A stretch of 64,000 nucleotides of DNA from Methanobacteriota archaeon (GTDB lineage Archaea; Thermoplasmatota; Thermoplasmata; SG8-5; JAGLSY01), in NCBI GenBank assembly GCA_020697715.1, contig JAEHCO010000001.1:128001-192000 (forward strand), read 5' to 3'. Below the pieces are notes generated by a model. It saw only the letters and a list, made by a program, of their open reading frames with translations, was not told where the DNA came from and ran no database searches. The translations under genes were made by a program, and so were the position numbers. Below are positions 9,231-18,680 of this stretch, one piece after another. Every line of letters begins with the position of its first letter. The stretch's first letter is position 1.

Positions 9231-11075
9231 TTACTTCACTACGGGATTTGTCCTCAGCCAGTCTATGTCAGATACATACAATTTCCTGATATCTTTCAGG
9301 TTAAGAAGTGCCATGACCAGTCTTTCAAGACCAAGTCCCCAGGCAAGTACCGGATGCTCGACGCCGAAGGGCGCGACGACCTCTGGGCGGAATATTCCAG
9401 CTCCACCAAGCTCCATCCAATTACCATGATGTCTGATCTCCGGCTCGATGCTTGGCTCCGTGTATGGGAAGTAACCTGGTCGCAAGCGTATGTCATCAAC
9501 TCCCATTCTGTGATAGAACTCCTTGATCAGGCCTGCCAGCATGTCCATATTAGCTCCCTCTTCCATCACGATGCCTTCGATCTGAATGAACTCCGGTAGA
9601 TGCGTAGCGTCCACCGCCTCCTTCCTGAACACACGGCCTATGCTGAATACCTTGGTCGGGGGGTTGGGATTGTCCCTGAGATAGCTGATCGTATTCACAG
9701 TGGTGTGGGTTCGGAGCAAGGCTTTCTCTGCCTCGCTGGCCTTCCAATCATATCCCCAGCCATCAGAAAGCTCATCACCTTTTTCGTGCATGGTCTTGAT
9801 CTTCTCCACCATGGCCGGGTCCGGTAATGGCATCGTTGATGGTGACTTGAGGTAAAGAGTGTCATGAAGCTCCCTTGCGGGGTGATCCTGGGCAGTGAAC
9901 AACGCGTCCATGTTCCAGAAGGCTGAATGGACGTAATCGCTCTCAATCTCCGTAAAGCCCATGTCTAGGAATATCCTACGGATCATGTCAATGTACTGCT
10001 GAAGGGGATGTCTACGGCCACCGTGGATGTTCGGAGCGAAGGCATCCACGTCATAGGGCCTTATGCTTCCAGTCTTCCAACTACCGTCCTTTATCATGTC
10101 CTGAGTGAGCTGGGAAATATCATCTCCCAGATCCAGACCGGCATCCACAATGTCCTTGCCCATGGGTGTTAATTTCATCTGGCGTGTGACCACTTCCCTC
10201 TCCACAAGGATGTCCTGTCTCTTCTTCAACTGATCGATGACATCCATATCCAATTGGCTGGCTGGTATCTCGGCACCGGCCAGTTCTTCTATCAATAGTT
10301 CATCCTTGCCTTTCTTGGTTATGTGGTCCCTGCCTATCTCGGTGAGCTCCAGGATAGTGTCATCCCCGCTCTTCTGAATATTGATCCAGGCCTTTCTCTT
10401 GAGCCACCCCATTGAGATCGAAACTTCTTCATTTCTCAATTTCTTCGAGGCTCTCAGTTCGTCCACCGTGATGGAGCCATGGTTCTTGTCTATTAGCTTG
10501 AGTGCCCTTCTCTCGGGAAGATCAACACCCGCCAATCTCTTTGATGAAAGGGAGTAGAAATATTCTATTCTTTCATCCATGGTGATAAGTGATTTGGATT
10601 TCAGCCATGAAGATGAGTTCATAACATCCACCATGGTCATCATGCTGGATCGGAGATCGGAGCTTTCTTCGGACTTCAGTGTCTTTGCAACTGCTGGCTT
10701 GATATCACCAAGCACCCTGCCGATGATCTTCCTCTGTAGTGGGACATCGAGATCGACCAGTATATGAGATAGATGTTTGATCAGTATGACCAGCATCTCC
10801 GCATCTTTTTGTTTCTCATTTTCTGGCTTTATGGAGGCTAGATCCATCATCAACTCCGATATCTTACTATCGCCCAATGATCTGTCATAATCATCAAGGA
10901 TCGAGTTCAACTGATCCTTCAGTATGGAAGTTAGCTCATTGAGGCTATCTGGTAAAGCCTGCTCTATTATGGCCTCTGGCGTAGCTTCTCCTCCCAATTG
11001 AGAAATAGCTACCAGCACTCGCTTTTCACTTTGGCTCAGTTCGTATTTCAGCCCTGAGCTTCCTTCTCCGGTCAT
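9231..11075 (-). CDS. pheS: Phenylalanine--tRNA ligase alpha subunit, with a large N-terminal insertion
   Basis: FWNMDALF, QDHPARELHDT, LLRTHTT, VFRKEAVDATHLPEF, YFPYTEPS, AWGLGLERL. Start is ATG 11075 or 11096. Confidence 0.93.
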   Translation of the reverse strand: MTGEGSSGLKYELSQSEKRVLVAISQLGGEATPEAIIEQALPDSLNELTSILKDQLNSILDDYDRSLGDSKISELMMDLASIKPENEKQKDAEMLVILIKHLSHILVDLDVPLQRKIIGRVLGDIKPAVAKTLKSEESSDLRSSMMTMVDVMNSSSWLKSKSLITMDERIEYFYSLSSKRLAGVDLPERRALKLIDKNHGSITVDELRASKKLRNEEVSISMGWLKRKAWINIQKSGDDTILELTEIGRDHITKKGKDELLIEELAGAEIPASQLDMDVIDQLKKRQDILVEREVVTRQMKLTPMGKDIVDAGLDLGDDISQLTQDMIKDGSWKTGSIRPYDVDAFAPNIHGGRRHPLQQYIDMIRRIFLDMGFTEIESDYVHSAFWNMDALFTAQDHPARELHDTLYLKSPSTMPLPDPAMVEKIKTMHEKGDELSDGWGYDWKASEAEKALLRTHTTVNTISYLRDNPNPPTKVFSIGRVFRKEAVDATHLPEFIQIEGIVMEEGANMDMLAGLIKEFYHRMGVDDIRLRPGYFPYTEPSIEPEIRHHGNWMELGGAGIFRPEVVAPFGVEHPVLAWGLGLERLVMALLNLKDIRKLYVSDIDWLRTNPVVK

Positions 11076-11416
11076 CCTATGGTGATTGCAGTCCATAATA
11101 AAATCCTTTTGAACGATTCGGGCATGTATTGCATTTACAATTTGTAGGTTTTTGTAGATGAATTAAACTTAATAAAATACATGAAGTTCAAAATTCAAGC
11201 AGGCATATGAAAAATATCATAAATCAATAAAATATATTGAAAAAATATGAAAAATACACAAATTGATATCAGAATCATAGAAATCAAGAGGTTGATTTAG
11301 AGAGAATTACTAATGGATATTAACAATACTTATATACCCGTAGTGACAAGGTTTATATACCCCCGTGAGAATGTCTACGTATACAAAATGTATGCAGAAC
11401 GTATGAGGTGTGAAAA

Positions 11417-11554
11417 ATGCTCTACAGAGAAAGAAATCAGGTGGAAAAGATACGAAATACCACTGTAGAGACTTCCAGCACCGACGAATGCTTCGATGAG
11501 GACTTCGTTGTGTGTTTGAAAAATGCTTTGAAAATAATGGAAGCAAAACAGTAG
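11417..11554 (+). CDS. Hypothetical microprotein, 45 aa (MLYRERNQVEK...KIMEAKQ)
   Basis: SD GAGGTG 6 nt before the ATG, downstream of TATA TTTATATA at 11352; below the ORF-track cutoff. Confidence 0.5.
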   Translation: MLYRERNQVEKIRNTTVETSSTDECFDEDFVVCLKNALKIMEAKQ

Positions 11555-11570
11555 TGGAAAGTGGTAGAAA

Positions 11571-11747
11571 ATGGCAGCCATAAAGATAAATTCAAAAAAT
11601 AAAAGCGAGACGATCATGCTCCAGACCAGTCTGGGCATTGTGAATGAGATCTACGCTGGAAACAATAAATGGCTGAAGTCCAAGATGGATGGCACAAGTG
11701 CCATGCGCTGGACACCGATAAATGCAGAAATGGAGGATTCGCTATGA
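11571..11747 (+). CDS. Hypothetical microprotein, 58 aa (MAAIKINSKN...EMEDSL)
   Basis: Starts 16 nt after the previous stop; weak SD GTGG; its stop overlaps the next ATG (ATGA). Confidence 0.5.
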   Translation: MAAIKINSKNKSETIMLQTSLGIVNEIYAGNNKWLKSKMDGTSAMRWTPINAEMEDSL

Positions 11748-11884
11748 TGTACGGTGAGGGAGATATCATGGAAGAAGAATTCTGTCAATGCATAAACTGC
11801 CGGCTTGCCAGGATGGAAAAGCAAATATCCGCCATCCAGGATGATTTCCAAAAGCTCATGGACACCTCGAATAATAGGATCTGA
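11744..11884 (+). CDS. Hypothetical microprotein, 46 aa, with CxCxxC and a coiled-coil-like tail
   Basis: SD GGAGG, ATGA coupling; MMYGEGDIMEEEFCQCINCRLARMEKQISAIQDDFQKL. Confidence 0.55.
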   Translation: MMYGEGDIMEEEFCQCINCRLARMEKQISAIQDDFQKLMDTSNNRI

Positions 11885-11912
11885 TCACAAATCACGATTA
11901 CTCTTCCCCCAC

Positions 11913-11946
11913 GAGGTTGGGTACAGCCCAACCTCACCCTTTTTTT
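11913..11946 (+). terminator. Hairpin + T-tract terminator
   Basis: GAGGTTGGG-TACAG-CCCAACCTC followed by ACCCTTTTTTT. Confidence 0.7.
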
Positions 11947-12388
11947 GTATTAACTATCAGACCTTGAATTGTTGAATCATATATTTGTACCTGGTCTGAA
12001 AGTTCATATCCAAGGCCATGGAGCAAATACTATGATGAGGATATAATTGGAATCGTATTAGCTATTCTAATCGCTAGTGAAATATAGAATAAAGGCGATT
12101 AGAAAGCCCAAGCTCGCAGTAATATATTCTATAAAAGTTAAGTTGGCTATTACTCTATGTTGCATTGGCTATTACACTTTACTACAATATTACGCTTTCT
12201 TCCCAGACACTTGAAATTCCTAGATCTTCATTTCTTCATCCATATAAGTTTGGCAATTACGGCAGGCTAAAATCTTATCTTTAAATATATCACAATCGTC
12301 TACAGAGCACATCTATCCCATCTCCGAAGGTGTATTGCAAATACAGGATATATAAATTTTGGTTTGTATAATAAAGAGAAGATTATTT

Positions 12389-12437
12389 TATCCAGGGATG
12401 ACCCAGTCTAGTGTATGGACTTGATCATCCCGGGATA
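12389..12437 (-). terminator. 22-bp imperfect hairpin just 3' of secY (terminator or stabiliser)
   Basis: Minus strand: TATCCCGGGATGATCAAGTCCA-TACAC-TAGACTGGGTCATCCCTGGATA. Confidence 0.6.
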
Positions 12438-12444
12438 TTCACGA

Positions 12445-14007
12445 TCAGTTTCCGAAGAAGCCTCTCATGACAGGATGCATTTCCATCATCTGTTCTCTGC
12501 CAATAGCCTCGTAGGTCTGTATCATGATACCGACAGCGAGCAGCACACCCGTACCACTACTGTTACCTACAGTTCCAAGTAGATCTGCAAAGGCCGCAAG
12601 GGCACCCACAATGGCACCACTTAACACGGTGACCACTGGTATATACCTCTCAAGGACCTTCTTCAATATTCTTGGATCACGCCTGAATCCAGGTATCTGC
12701 ATACCGCTTCCCTGGATCTGTTCCGCGACTGATTCCGGACCCATATTTGTGGTATCTATCCAGAACTTGGCGAAGAGAATGGAACCGAATATCATGGTTC
12801 CCATGTAAGTGAATATACGTATCAACACCTGTAAAGCACTCTTCCCGGGCGGAAGATAGCCATCATTGAACAATGGCAATAGCCAGTCCGGTATTCCTTG
12901 TATGGTCGATAGATACCACGCAAGACCACCAGATGGTGATGATGCTCCCTCCAGATAATATCCAAGGGCAGGATTATGTCCTAGCAATGGTAAGTCTGAG
13001 AAGAAAGGATTTGACCAGAACAACATTGCGAACATACTGACATTAGCAAGAACTGCCGCTATCAATATAACAGGAATATTAGATGCATAGATCAATTTTA
13101 TCGGATATCTGCCTCTGGCTCCTCTCGCACTCTCATGAGCCAAAGGAAGTTCTATTCTCATTGATTCCGCATATGCCACGAAAAGGAATATGACTATAGT
13201 TCCGATCAAAGCGATGATCGGATTCGGTGGAGCAATTAGCAATTGCTGATAGTAGCCACTATTAGTCATCCCCGAAGCGGGGATATGTGTTAGGAAATAG
13301 ATAGTCTTGGGTATAGTTCCTGCAGGTGGGTTTGCGATACTGGGGGCCATCGACGTATCTATAGGCAACCAATTGAGAGTTCCCGTGAACATCTGTTGAG
13401 CCACACCAGCTGCTATGAACAAACTGATACCACTTCCAACTCCCCATTTTGAAACTGTTTCATCCATGAGGAACACGAGATAACTGCCGAAACAAAGCTG
13501 AATGATGATGACCAGCATGGCTAAAGTATTACCTTGACCAGACCAGACTCCGTCCATACCTGATATTAAATTATCAGATGGAACAAGATAACCATACACC
13601 TGTGGAACTGCCTCCACAATGATCATCACTATGACAAGGAGCTTCTGGAATCCCTGATAAACTGCCTTGTCCTCTTCATCGGTCAGATCCAATTTGATGA
13701 TCTTAGCACCGACAAAAAGCTGCATTATGATAGATCCAGTAACAATTGGACCGATACCAAGGTGCATTAATGAACCCTGGGCTCCAGCCATGATCGTACG
13801 ATAGCTCGCAAATAGATCTATGGTGTTCTCCTGATCAAGTCCATAGATCATCACATTTGTTAATATGAAATATAATACGAGGATCAAAACGAGCCACATC
13901 ATCTTAGTTCTAAAATGAACGTGGCCTTCTGGCTGGCTCACAGCAGGCAATCTGTCTGTGATCGGTTTGAAAGCGTATAACATGCTTTTTTTGTCGTCAT
14001 CGGCCAT
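12445..14007 (-). CDS. secY: Preprotein translocase subunit SecY
   Basis: GSLMHLGIGPIVTGSIIMQL, KWGVGSGISLFI, YPIKLIYASNIP, QIPGFRR, GTGVLLAV. Confidence 0.97.
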   Translation of the reverse strand: MADDDKKSMLYAFKPITDRLPAVSQPEGHVHFRTKMMWLVLILVLYFILTNVMIYGLDQENTIDLFASYRTIMAGAQGSLMHLGIGPIVTGSIIMQLFVGAKIIKLDLTDEEDKAVYQGFQKLLVIVMIIVEAVPQVYGYLVPSDNLISGMDGVWSGQGNTLAMLVIIIQLCFGSYLVFLMDETVSKWGVGSGISLFIAAGVAQQMFTGTLNWLPIDTSMAPSIANPPAGTIPKTIYFLTHIPASGMTNSGYYQQLLIAPPNPIIALIGTIVIFLFVAYAESMRIELPLAHESARGARGRYPIKLIYASNIPVILIAAVLANVSMFAMLFWSNPFFSDLPLLGHNPALGYYLEGASSPSGGLAWYLSTIQGIPDWLLPLFNDGYLPPGKSALQVLIRIFTYMGTMIFGSILFAKFWIDTTNMGPESVAEQIQGSGMQIPGFRRDPRILKKVLERYIPVVTVLSGAIVGALAAFADLLGTVGNSSGTGVLLAVGIMIQTYEAIGREQMMEMHPVMRGFFGN

Positions 14008-14030
14008 AATGATCACTGATCTCTATATTT

Positions 14031-14492
14031 TTATTCTGTATCATCGGTTGAGTCCGTCTCGTCATCTTCGAGAATCTTGACCTCACCGCCGGCTGTCTCG
14101 ATCTTACTGACAGCCTTTTCTGTTGCTTCATCGACCATCACGATGATCTTGGCACTTACTCTTCCTGTGCCGAGAAGCTTATCGATCCCTATCTTCTGAA
14201 GGTTGATGGTGTATTTATCATCCTTCTTAGCAGCCTCACCGGATGCGACGAATGCATCCAAGTTCTCCATCAGGTCACCCACATTAATGGTGTTTGGCCT
14301 GAGATAAAGGCTTGGATCCCTTCTCATTCCATGTCGGCCGAAATAGTCTGGGTGGTATTTAACAGTAGTTATGTACTTATGTTTATGCAGACCAGCTTGA
14401 CCTCTTCCGCCTCTCTTTCCAGCTCCTCTTCCGGCTTTCTTACCGCGGCCATGGGTTCTGCTACCTCTATGTTTCTCGCACTTTCTACTCAT
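14031..14492 (-). CDS. rpl15: 50S ribosomal protein uL15
   Basis: RGSRTHGRG..RGAGKRGGRG.AG.HKHK, KLLGTG. Confidence 0.95.
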   Translation of the reverse strand: MSRKCEKHRGSRTHGRGKKAGRGAGKRGGRGQAGLHKHKYITTVKYHPDYFGRHGMRRDPSLYLRPNTINVGDLMENLDAFVASGEAAKKDDKYTINLQKIGIDKLLGTGRVSAKIIVMVDEATEKAVSKIETAGGEVKILEDDETDSTDDTE

Positions 14493-15232
14493 TCGGCATC
14501 ACCTTTCTTTTCTGCTGGCTTTGCTTTAGGCGCTGTTTTTGGTGTAGCCTTTGGCGCGGCCTTCTTAACTGGAGCCTTTGTCTCTTCTTTGGCAGCCACT
14601 TTCTTTACAGGAGCGGCTTTCTTTGCCACTGGTTTCTTCTCAGTTACAGGTTCCTTCTTTGCAGCCACTTTCTTCACAGGCTTAGGCTTGTCAGCTACTA
14701 CTTTTTTAGCTGCTGGCTTTGCTTTAGGTGCGGCTTTGGGTGCGGCCTTTGGCGAGGCTTCCGGTCCCAGCATACGAAGTACGAGGTCATTGATATTATC
14801 GCCTCGGTATCCCAGTGCGCCTCCGACATTGTAAGCTCTCTTAATGCCTTCATAGCCTTTTATTGGTGGGTGAAGCCTGAATAATGGCTTCACATTCTCA
14901 AGGCTGGAATACCTGAGCTTACCGTTGACCACGGCCTTTGAAAAGTCCAAAGGTGTTTCAAATTCTGTATTGGATTTGATGTATGCGGGGGATATTGTAC
15001 TGCCGCCTTCCAATCGTCCTCTGGTGAGGATCATTCTTGCCAATACCTCTGGCTTGATCTCTCCCCAGGTGACATAATCCTTAACTTTCTGAAGCATACC
15101 CTTGGTTATAGCATCTTCATGAAGTATTATGCAATGGTTCACCCTGTTCAAACGCAATAGTTCGAGGGTGCGCCTGATATCCTTGCGGATATTGATCAGG
15201 CTTCTGACCTGTATGACAGCATGGGTCTTCAT
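14489..15232 (-). CDS. rpl30: 50S ribosomal protein uL30 with a 92-aa K/A/P-rich C-terminal tail
   Basis: TLELLRLNRVNHC, KVKDYVTWGE, FRLHPP, GGALGYRGDNINDLVLRML, then a low-complexity tail. Confidence 0.95.
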   Translation of the reverse strand: MKTHAVIQVRSLINIRKDIRRTLELLRLNRVNHCIILHEDAITKGMLQKVKDYVTWGEIKPEVLARMILTRGRLEGGSTISPAYIKSNTEFETPLDFSKAVVNGKLRYSSLENVKPLFRLHPPIKGYEGIKRAYNVGGALGYRGDNINDLVLRMLGPEASPKAAPKAAPKAKPAAKKVVADKPKPVKKVAAKKEPVTEKKPVAKKAAPVKKVAAKEETKAPVKKAAPKATPKTAPKAKPAEKKGDAE

Positions 15233-16125
15233 TAAGATCTCCTCCTTCTGTCATCATTCCTTGGTCCCCTTGGCGGTCTGTCCCCACCTTCTTGAGAAAA
15301 GTCACCACTGGCCTTCTTATCTGCTATTTCCTTGGCCTTCTTCTTGATGAGCTCATCCTCTTTCTTTTTCTTTTCCTGGATGATATGATTGTACTCTTCA
15401 GGTGATGTGTCCAGATAGATAGGTTTCACAGGTCCGGTTATTATGTGGAGCTGCTCGGCTTGCTTAGGTGTGACCTTTACCATTGTCGTATTCTGCATGG
15501 CGTAGAAAGATGCGAAACTGTAATTGACAGTTGTCTTACTGTGGCCCTTTGACAAACCCCAAGCATCTGATATTCCGGCCAAGCGGAGGACATGCTTTGG
15601 TATATTACCAACAGCGAGACCCACTCCTTGTGGAGCTGGCTTGAAGGTCGCTACAACAGATCCTGCCTTACCAGAGACCGCGAATGGAATGGTATGTGAA
15701 TTTCCACATCCGCATTCCCATGAACCGCAACCTCTCTTTATCTCTACAAGGTTGAGTTTGGCATTGTCTATGGCCTTTCTGATAGATGGTCCGACCTCTT
15801 TACCTTTGAAACGTCCCATACCGACAAAACCATCTCCATTGCCGACAACAGCAGTTATGGCAAATCTGACACGACGTCCAGAATCGGTCATCCTCTGGAC
15901 CATGTTCACATCAAGGACCTCATCGTCCATCTCCGGTAGGAGAATATCCACGATCTCGGCTTCTTTCAATACATGCCTTGATCTTAGAGCTTCGCTCATG
16001 CTAGTTATCTCTCCTTCATATACGAGCTTTCCCAATGTGGTCTTTGGTACCCAGTCCAATGCCGGGTTCACTTCTTCTCTTTGAGGTCTTCCTCTGTTTC
16101 CAGCGGGTCTTCTTCCTCCTACCAT
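15232..16125 (-). CDS. rps5: 30S ribosomal protein uS5
   Basis: WVPKTTLG, VQRMTDSGRR, RGCGSWECGCG, PAPQGVGL. Confidence 0.95.
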   Translation of the reverse strand: MVGGRRPAGNRGRPQREEVNPALDWVPKTTLGKLVYEGEITSMSEALRSRHVLKEAEIVDILLPEMDDEVLDVNMVQRMTDSGRRVRFAITAVVGNGDGFVGMGRFKGKEVGPSIRKAIDNAKLNLVEIKRGCGSWECGCGNSHTIPFAVSGKAGSVVATFKPAPQGVGLAVGNIPKHVLRLAGISDAWGLSKGHSKTTVNYSFASFYAMQNTTMVKVTPKQAEQLHIITGPVKPIYLDTSPEEYNHIIQEKKKKEDELIKKKAKEIADKKASGDFSQEGGDRPPRGPRNDDRRRRS

Positions 16126-16628
16126 TATTCACCACCCCTGATTTTACTTGATACTGCTTCAAACATTTTAGGGACATCATCTCCGAGGTTTTCACCTTTT
16201 ATTCGAGATTCGTCCGGTAATATACTTGGATCATGTGGTATATCTAAACCTGCATCCAAAAGACCTTTGAGAGTTGCGTAGACCTTGCTACCCCTGATAG
16301 GTGCGTGTAGGCCAATATCCAAAACTGCTTTATCGATCTTTTTCTCGACTGCTCTTGTACCAGCCAAAAGTCCTACTAAGTAAGCGGATGATGTATTAGA
16401 TGTAGCTCTTGTCCAGCCCATTTTCTTCAATTCGATCGTATTGGCTGCTACCAATATGATATCTCCCTTTGGGTCATAGTCGATCAATTGAACTGTGATA
16501 TGTTTGGAAGATGCTCTGACCACACCTCTTGGGAGATGAGACCTAAGGAGGCTCTTTCTAGCCCTGTAATCGGTCTTGCCCTCACGTCTTCTGGCGAAAT
16601 GCACCCTGTATCTCGGTCCGGTTGCCAT
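16125..16628 (-). CDS. rpl18: 50S ribosomal protein uL18
   Basis: MATGPRYRVHFARRREGKTDY, AVLDIGL. Confidence 0.95.
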   Translation of the reverse strand: MATGPRYRVHFARRREGKTDYRARKSLLRSHLPRGVVRASSKHITVQLIDYDPKGDIILVAANTIELKKMGWTRATSNTSSAYLVGLLAGTRAVEKKIDKAVLDIGLHAPIRGSKVYATLKGLLDAGLDIPHDPSILPDESRIKGENLGDDVPKMFEAVSSKIRGGE

Positions 16629-17083
16629 TATTGTTCCTCCTTTAATACACCATGGATCTTCATCTGAGTTTCCAAGTGGGCTCTGTTCTTGAACATTCCG
16701 CCCTTGGCCTGACGATAGTATTTCCTATAGGTCTTGGTATCGATCGTGCCCTCATCTCTCAGTTCCTTTAGCCTCGCTCTCAGGATCCTGATTTTTTTCA
16801 TCCATACTTTCTTCTTTGGGGTTCTGGCGCCTTTTGCACCTTTTCTGCTACCTTGTCCCCTTTGCCTGCCTTTGGCTTTCTGGCTGGCCTGGTGCTTCTT
16901 CCTGCCGGTTGAAATACCAGTCTTCTGAACTGCCTTGATGGCTCCAGCATTTATCATCACACGGACATTGGAACGTGTGATGGCACTGGCTACATCTTCC
17001 ACCCTGTTCGGGTCTATCCATATTCGGTTCTCACCGCATTTAAGGATCTCAGCAGCCATTCTTCTCTGATTTTTCAAATGCAT
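16628..17083 (-). CDS. rpl19e: 50S ribosomal protein eL19
   Basis: LKNQRRMAAEILKCGENRIWIDP, GSRKGAKGAR. Confidence 0.95.
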   Translation of the reverse strand: MHLKNQRRMAAEILKCGENRIWIDPNRVEDVASAITRSNVRVMINAGAIKAVQKTGISTGRKKHQASQKAKGRQRGQGSRKGAKGARTPKKKVWMKKIRILRARLKELRDEGTIDTKTYRKYYRQAKGGMFKNRAHLETQMKIHGVLKEEQ

Positions 17084-17084
17084 A

Positions 17085-17579
17085 TCATTGCCCCCTGTTC
17101 AATATTCTGAGGTTCAATTCCTTGGCTTTCTTTTCGATATCCCCTCTCTTTCGTGTTCCAACAGTATGGGCTATTCTAACTGCCTGCTTCTTTGGGTCCA
17201 GCTTGTCCAATTCTTTAGGATTGTGAATTAGAACATCCTCGAATCCAGATGGATGTCTGCCTCGAACGGACTTTGGTCCTCTGTAACCCTTGGATGGCAT
17301 ATTGGGGCGGTATTTGTAGTTCCTTCTCATCTTGGAAGATATACCGACCGACCTTCTCCAGGCAATTCCCAGTCTCTTATATCTGAACCATTCCTGTCTT
17401 CTGAACCTGGGTCTTTTATCATCTATGTTCGCTCTGAGGTTCAATGCTTTGATCTCTTCCTTGGAAAGCTCTGGCTTCAATTTAACGACGTAACCCACTT
17501 CTTCTTCCTCTTCGTCGACTATTTCTATCTTCTCATCATCGACTGGGTTCTCTTCATTTTTCTTGATCTTCTCGGCCAT
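17085..17579 (-). CDS. rpl32e: 50S ribosomal protein eL32
   Basis: RPRFRRQEWFRYKRL..WRR, RGRHPSGF; acidic N-terminal extension. Confidence 0.95.
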   Translation of the reverse strand: MAEKIKKNEENPVDDEKIEIVDEEEEEVGYVVKLKPELSKEEIKALNLRANIDDKRPRFRRQEWFRYKRLGIAWRRSVGISSKMRRNYKYRPNMPSKGYRGPKSVRGRHPSGFEDVLIHNPKELDKLDPKKQAVRIAHTVGTRKRGDIEKKAKELNLRILNRGQ

Positions 17580-18121
17580 TAAATCCCTCCTTTCTGTATT
17601 ATGTAGATACCATCCTGGAATACTCTAGGATCGTATCCTTTGATCTTTGTAGCCTTTTCAATATTGGCTGCTGTTTGGCCAACATGTTCTTTGTTTGGCC
17701 CACTAAGAACAACCTCATCGCCCTTGGAGACGACTTTTGTTTCTCCAATGATCTTGGCCTTCCGAGCGAATTTCTCTCCGACGAAATTATCAATAACGAA
17801 GATGTCGCCTTTCACAGTCACCTTTACAGGGAAATGAGAGTAAACTATCTTCATCTTGTATTCGAATCCGGTTGTCACACCTATTATCATATTATTGATA
17901 TGAGCTGCGAATGTTCCCAAAAGTGCATTCTCCGCCCTTCGAGGGAATTCACAAGAAAGAATTACCTTGTCGCCTACCACTTTTGATTCGATTCTCACGT
18001 GATTCAGGTCCCTGGATTGCTCTTTCTTCTTACCCTTGACCGTGACATTACCATTATTGATCGTGACCGTAACACCCTCGGGTATCTGGATCTCCTTTTC
18101 TGATTTTCCTGATATTGGCAT
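17579..18121 (-). CDS. rpl6: 50S ribosomal protein uL6
   Basis: IVYSHFP, NFVGEK, VGQTAANIE, DPRVFQDGIY. Confidence 0.95.
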   Translation of the reverse strand: MPISGKSEKEIQIPEGVTVTINNGNVTVKGKKKEQSRDLNHVRIESKVVGDKVILSCEFPRRAENALLGTFAAHINNMIIGVTTGFEYKMKIVYSHFPVKVTVKGDIFVIDNFVGEKFARKAKIIGETKVVSKGDEVVLSGPNKEHVGQTAANIEKATKIKGYDPRVFQDGIYIIQKGGI

Positions 18122-18132
18122 CTCAAATCACC

Positions 18133-18522
18133 TCAATATACATATGCAAGTAATCTGCCACCGACACCGAGGCTTCTAGCCTGGGTGTGTGTGATCACGC
18201 CTTCCGTTGTGGTAAGGATCAGAACACCAAAGTCCTGAGCCGGGAGGTATCTGGATTCAAAGTTCTCCAGTTCGGTCTTTCTCACGCTAAATCTTGGTTT
18301 GATTACTCCGCACTTGTTTATATTGCCGTTCAAAGTTACCATGAACTGCCCGGACCTTCCGTCATCAAGGTATTCGAATTCCTTGATGTAACCATTGTCC
18401 TGCATGGTCTTCAACACTCTTCCAATAAGTTTGGAAGACGGTTTCACTAGGCATTGTCTCTTACCTACTTTCTCGGCATTGTTTATCTGTGACATCGCAT
18501 CATTCAAAGGATCATGTTGCAT
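18133..18522 (-). CDS. rps8: 30S ribosomal protein uS8
   Basis: [34 protein letters not shown]. Confidence 0.95.
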   Translation of the reverse strand: MQHDPLNDAMSQINNAEKVGKRQCLVKPSSKLIGRVLKTMQDNGYIKEFEYLDDGRSGQFMVTLNGNINKCGVIKPRFSVRKTELENFESRYLPAQDFGVLILTTTEGVITHTQARSLGVGGRLLAYVY

Positions 18523-18533
18523 ACTTCTTCCTC

Positions 18534-18680
18534 CTATGAATATTTCTTAAAGCCCAGGTCTGGCGCCAGTTCCCTGAAGCACTGCCTGCAAAGCCTGATA
18601 TCGTATCTGCGGATCATACCGCGCTTTCGACCACATCTAAGGCATCCTTCCTTCCTTCCAAAATTCTTTGTTGGCTTCAA
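18534..18680 (-). CDS. rps14: 30S ribosomal protein uS14 (Zn-binding type), 48 aa; missing from the ORF track
   Basis: TTG start after SD GAGGTGA; [48 protein letters not shown]. Confidence 0.95.
   Translation of the reverse strand: MKPTKNFGRKEGCLRCGRKRGMIRRYDIRLCRQCFRELAPDLGFKKYS

Noticed and set aside
10641-10955. Intein in PheS
   Set aside because: No Cys/Ser N-terminus, no His-Asn-(C/S/T) C-terminus, no LAGLIDADG blocks; kept as a domain insertion instead.
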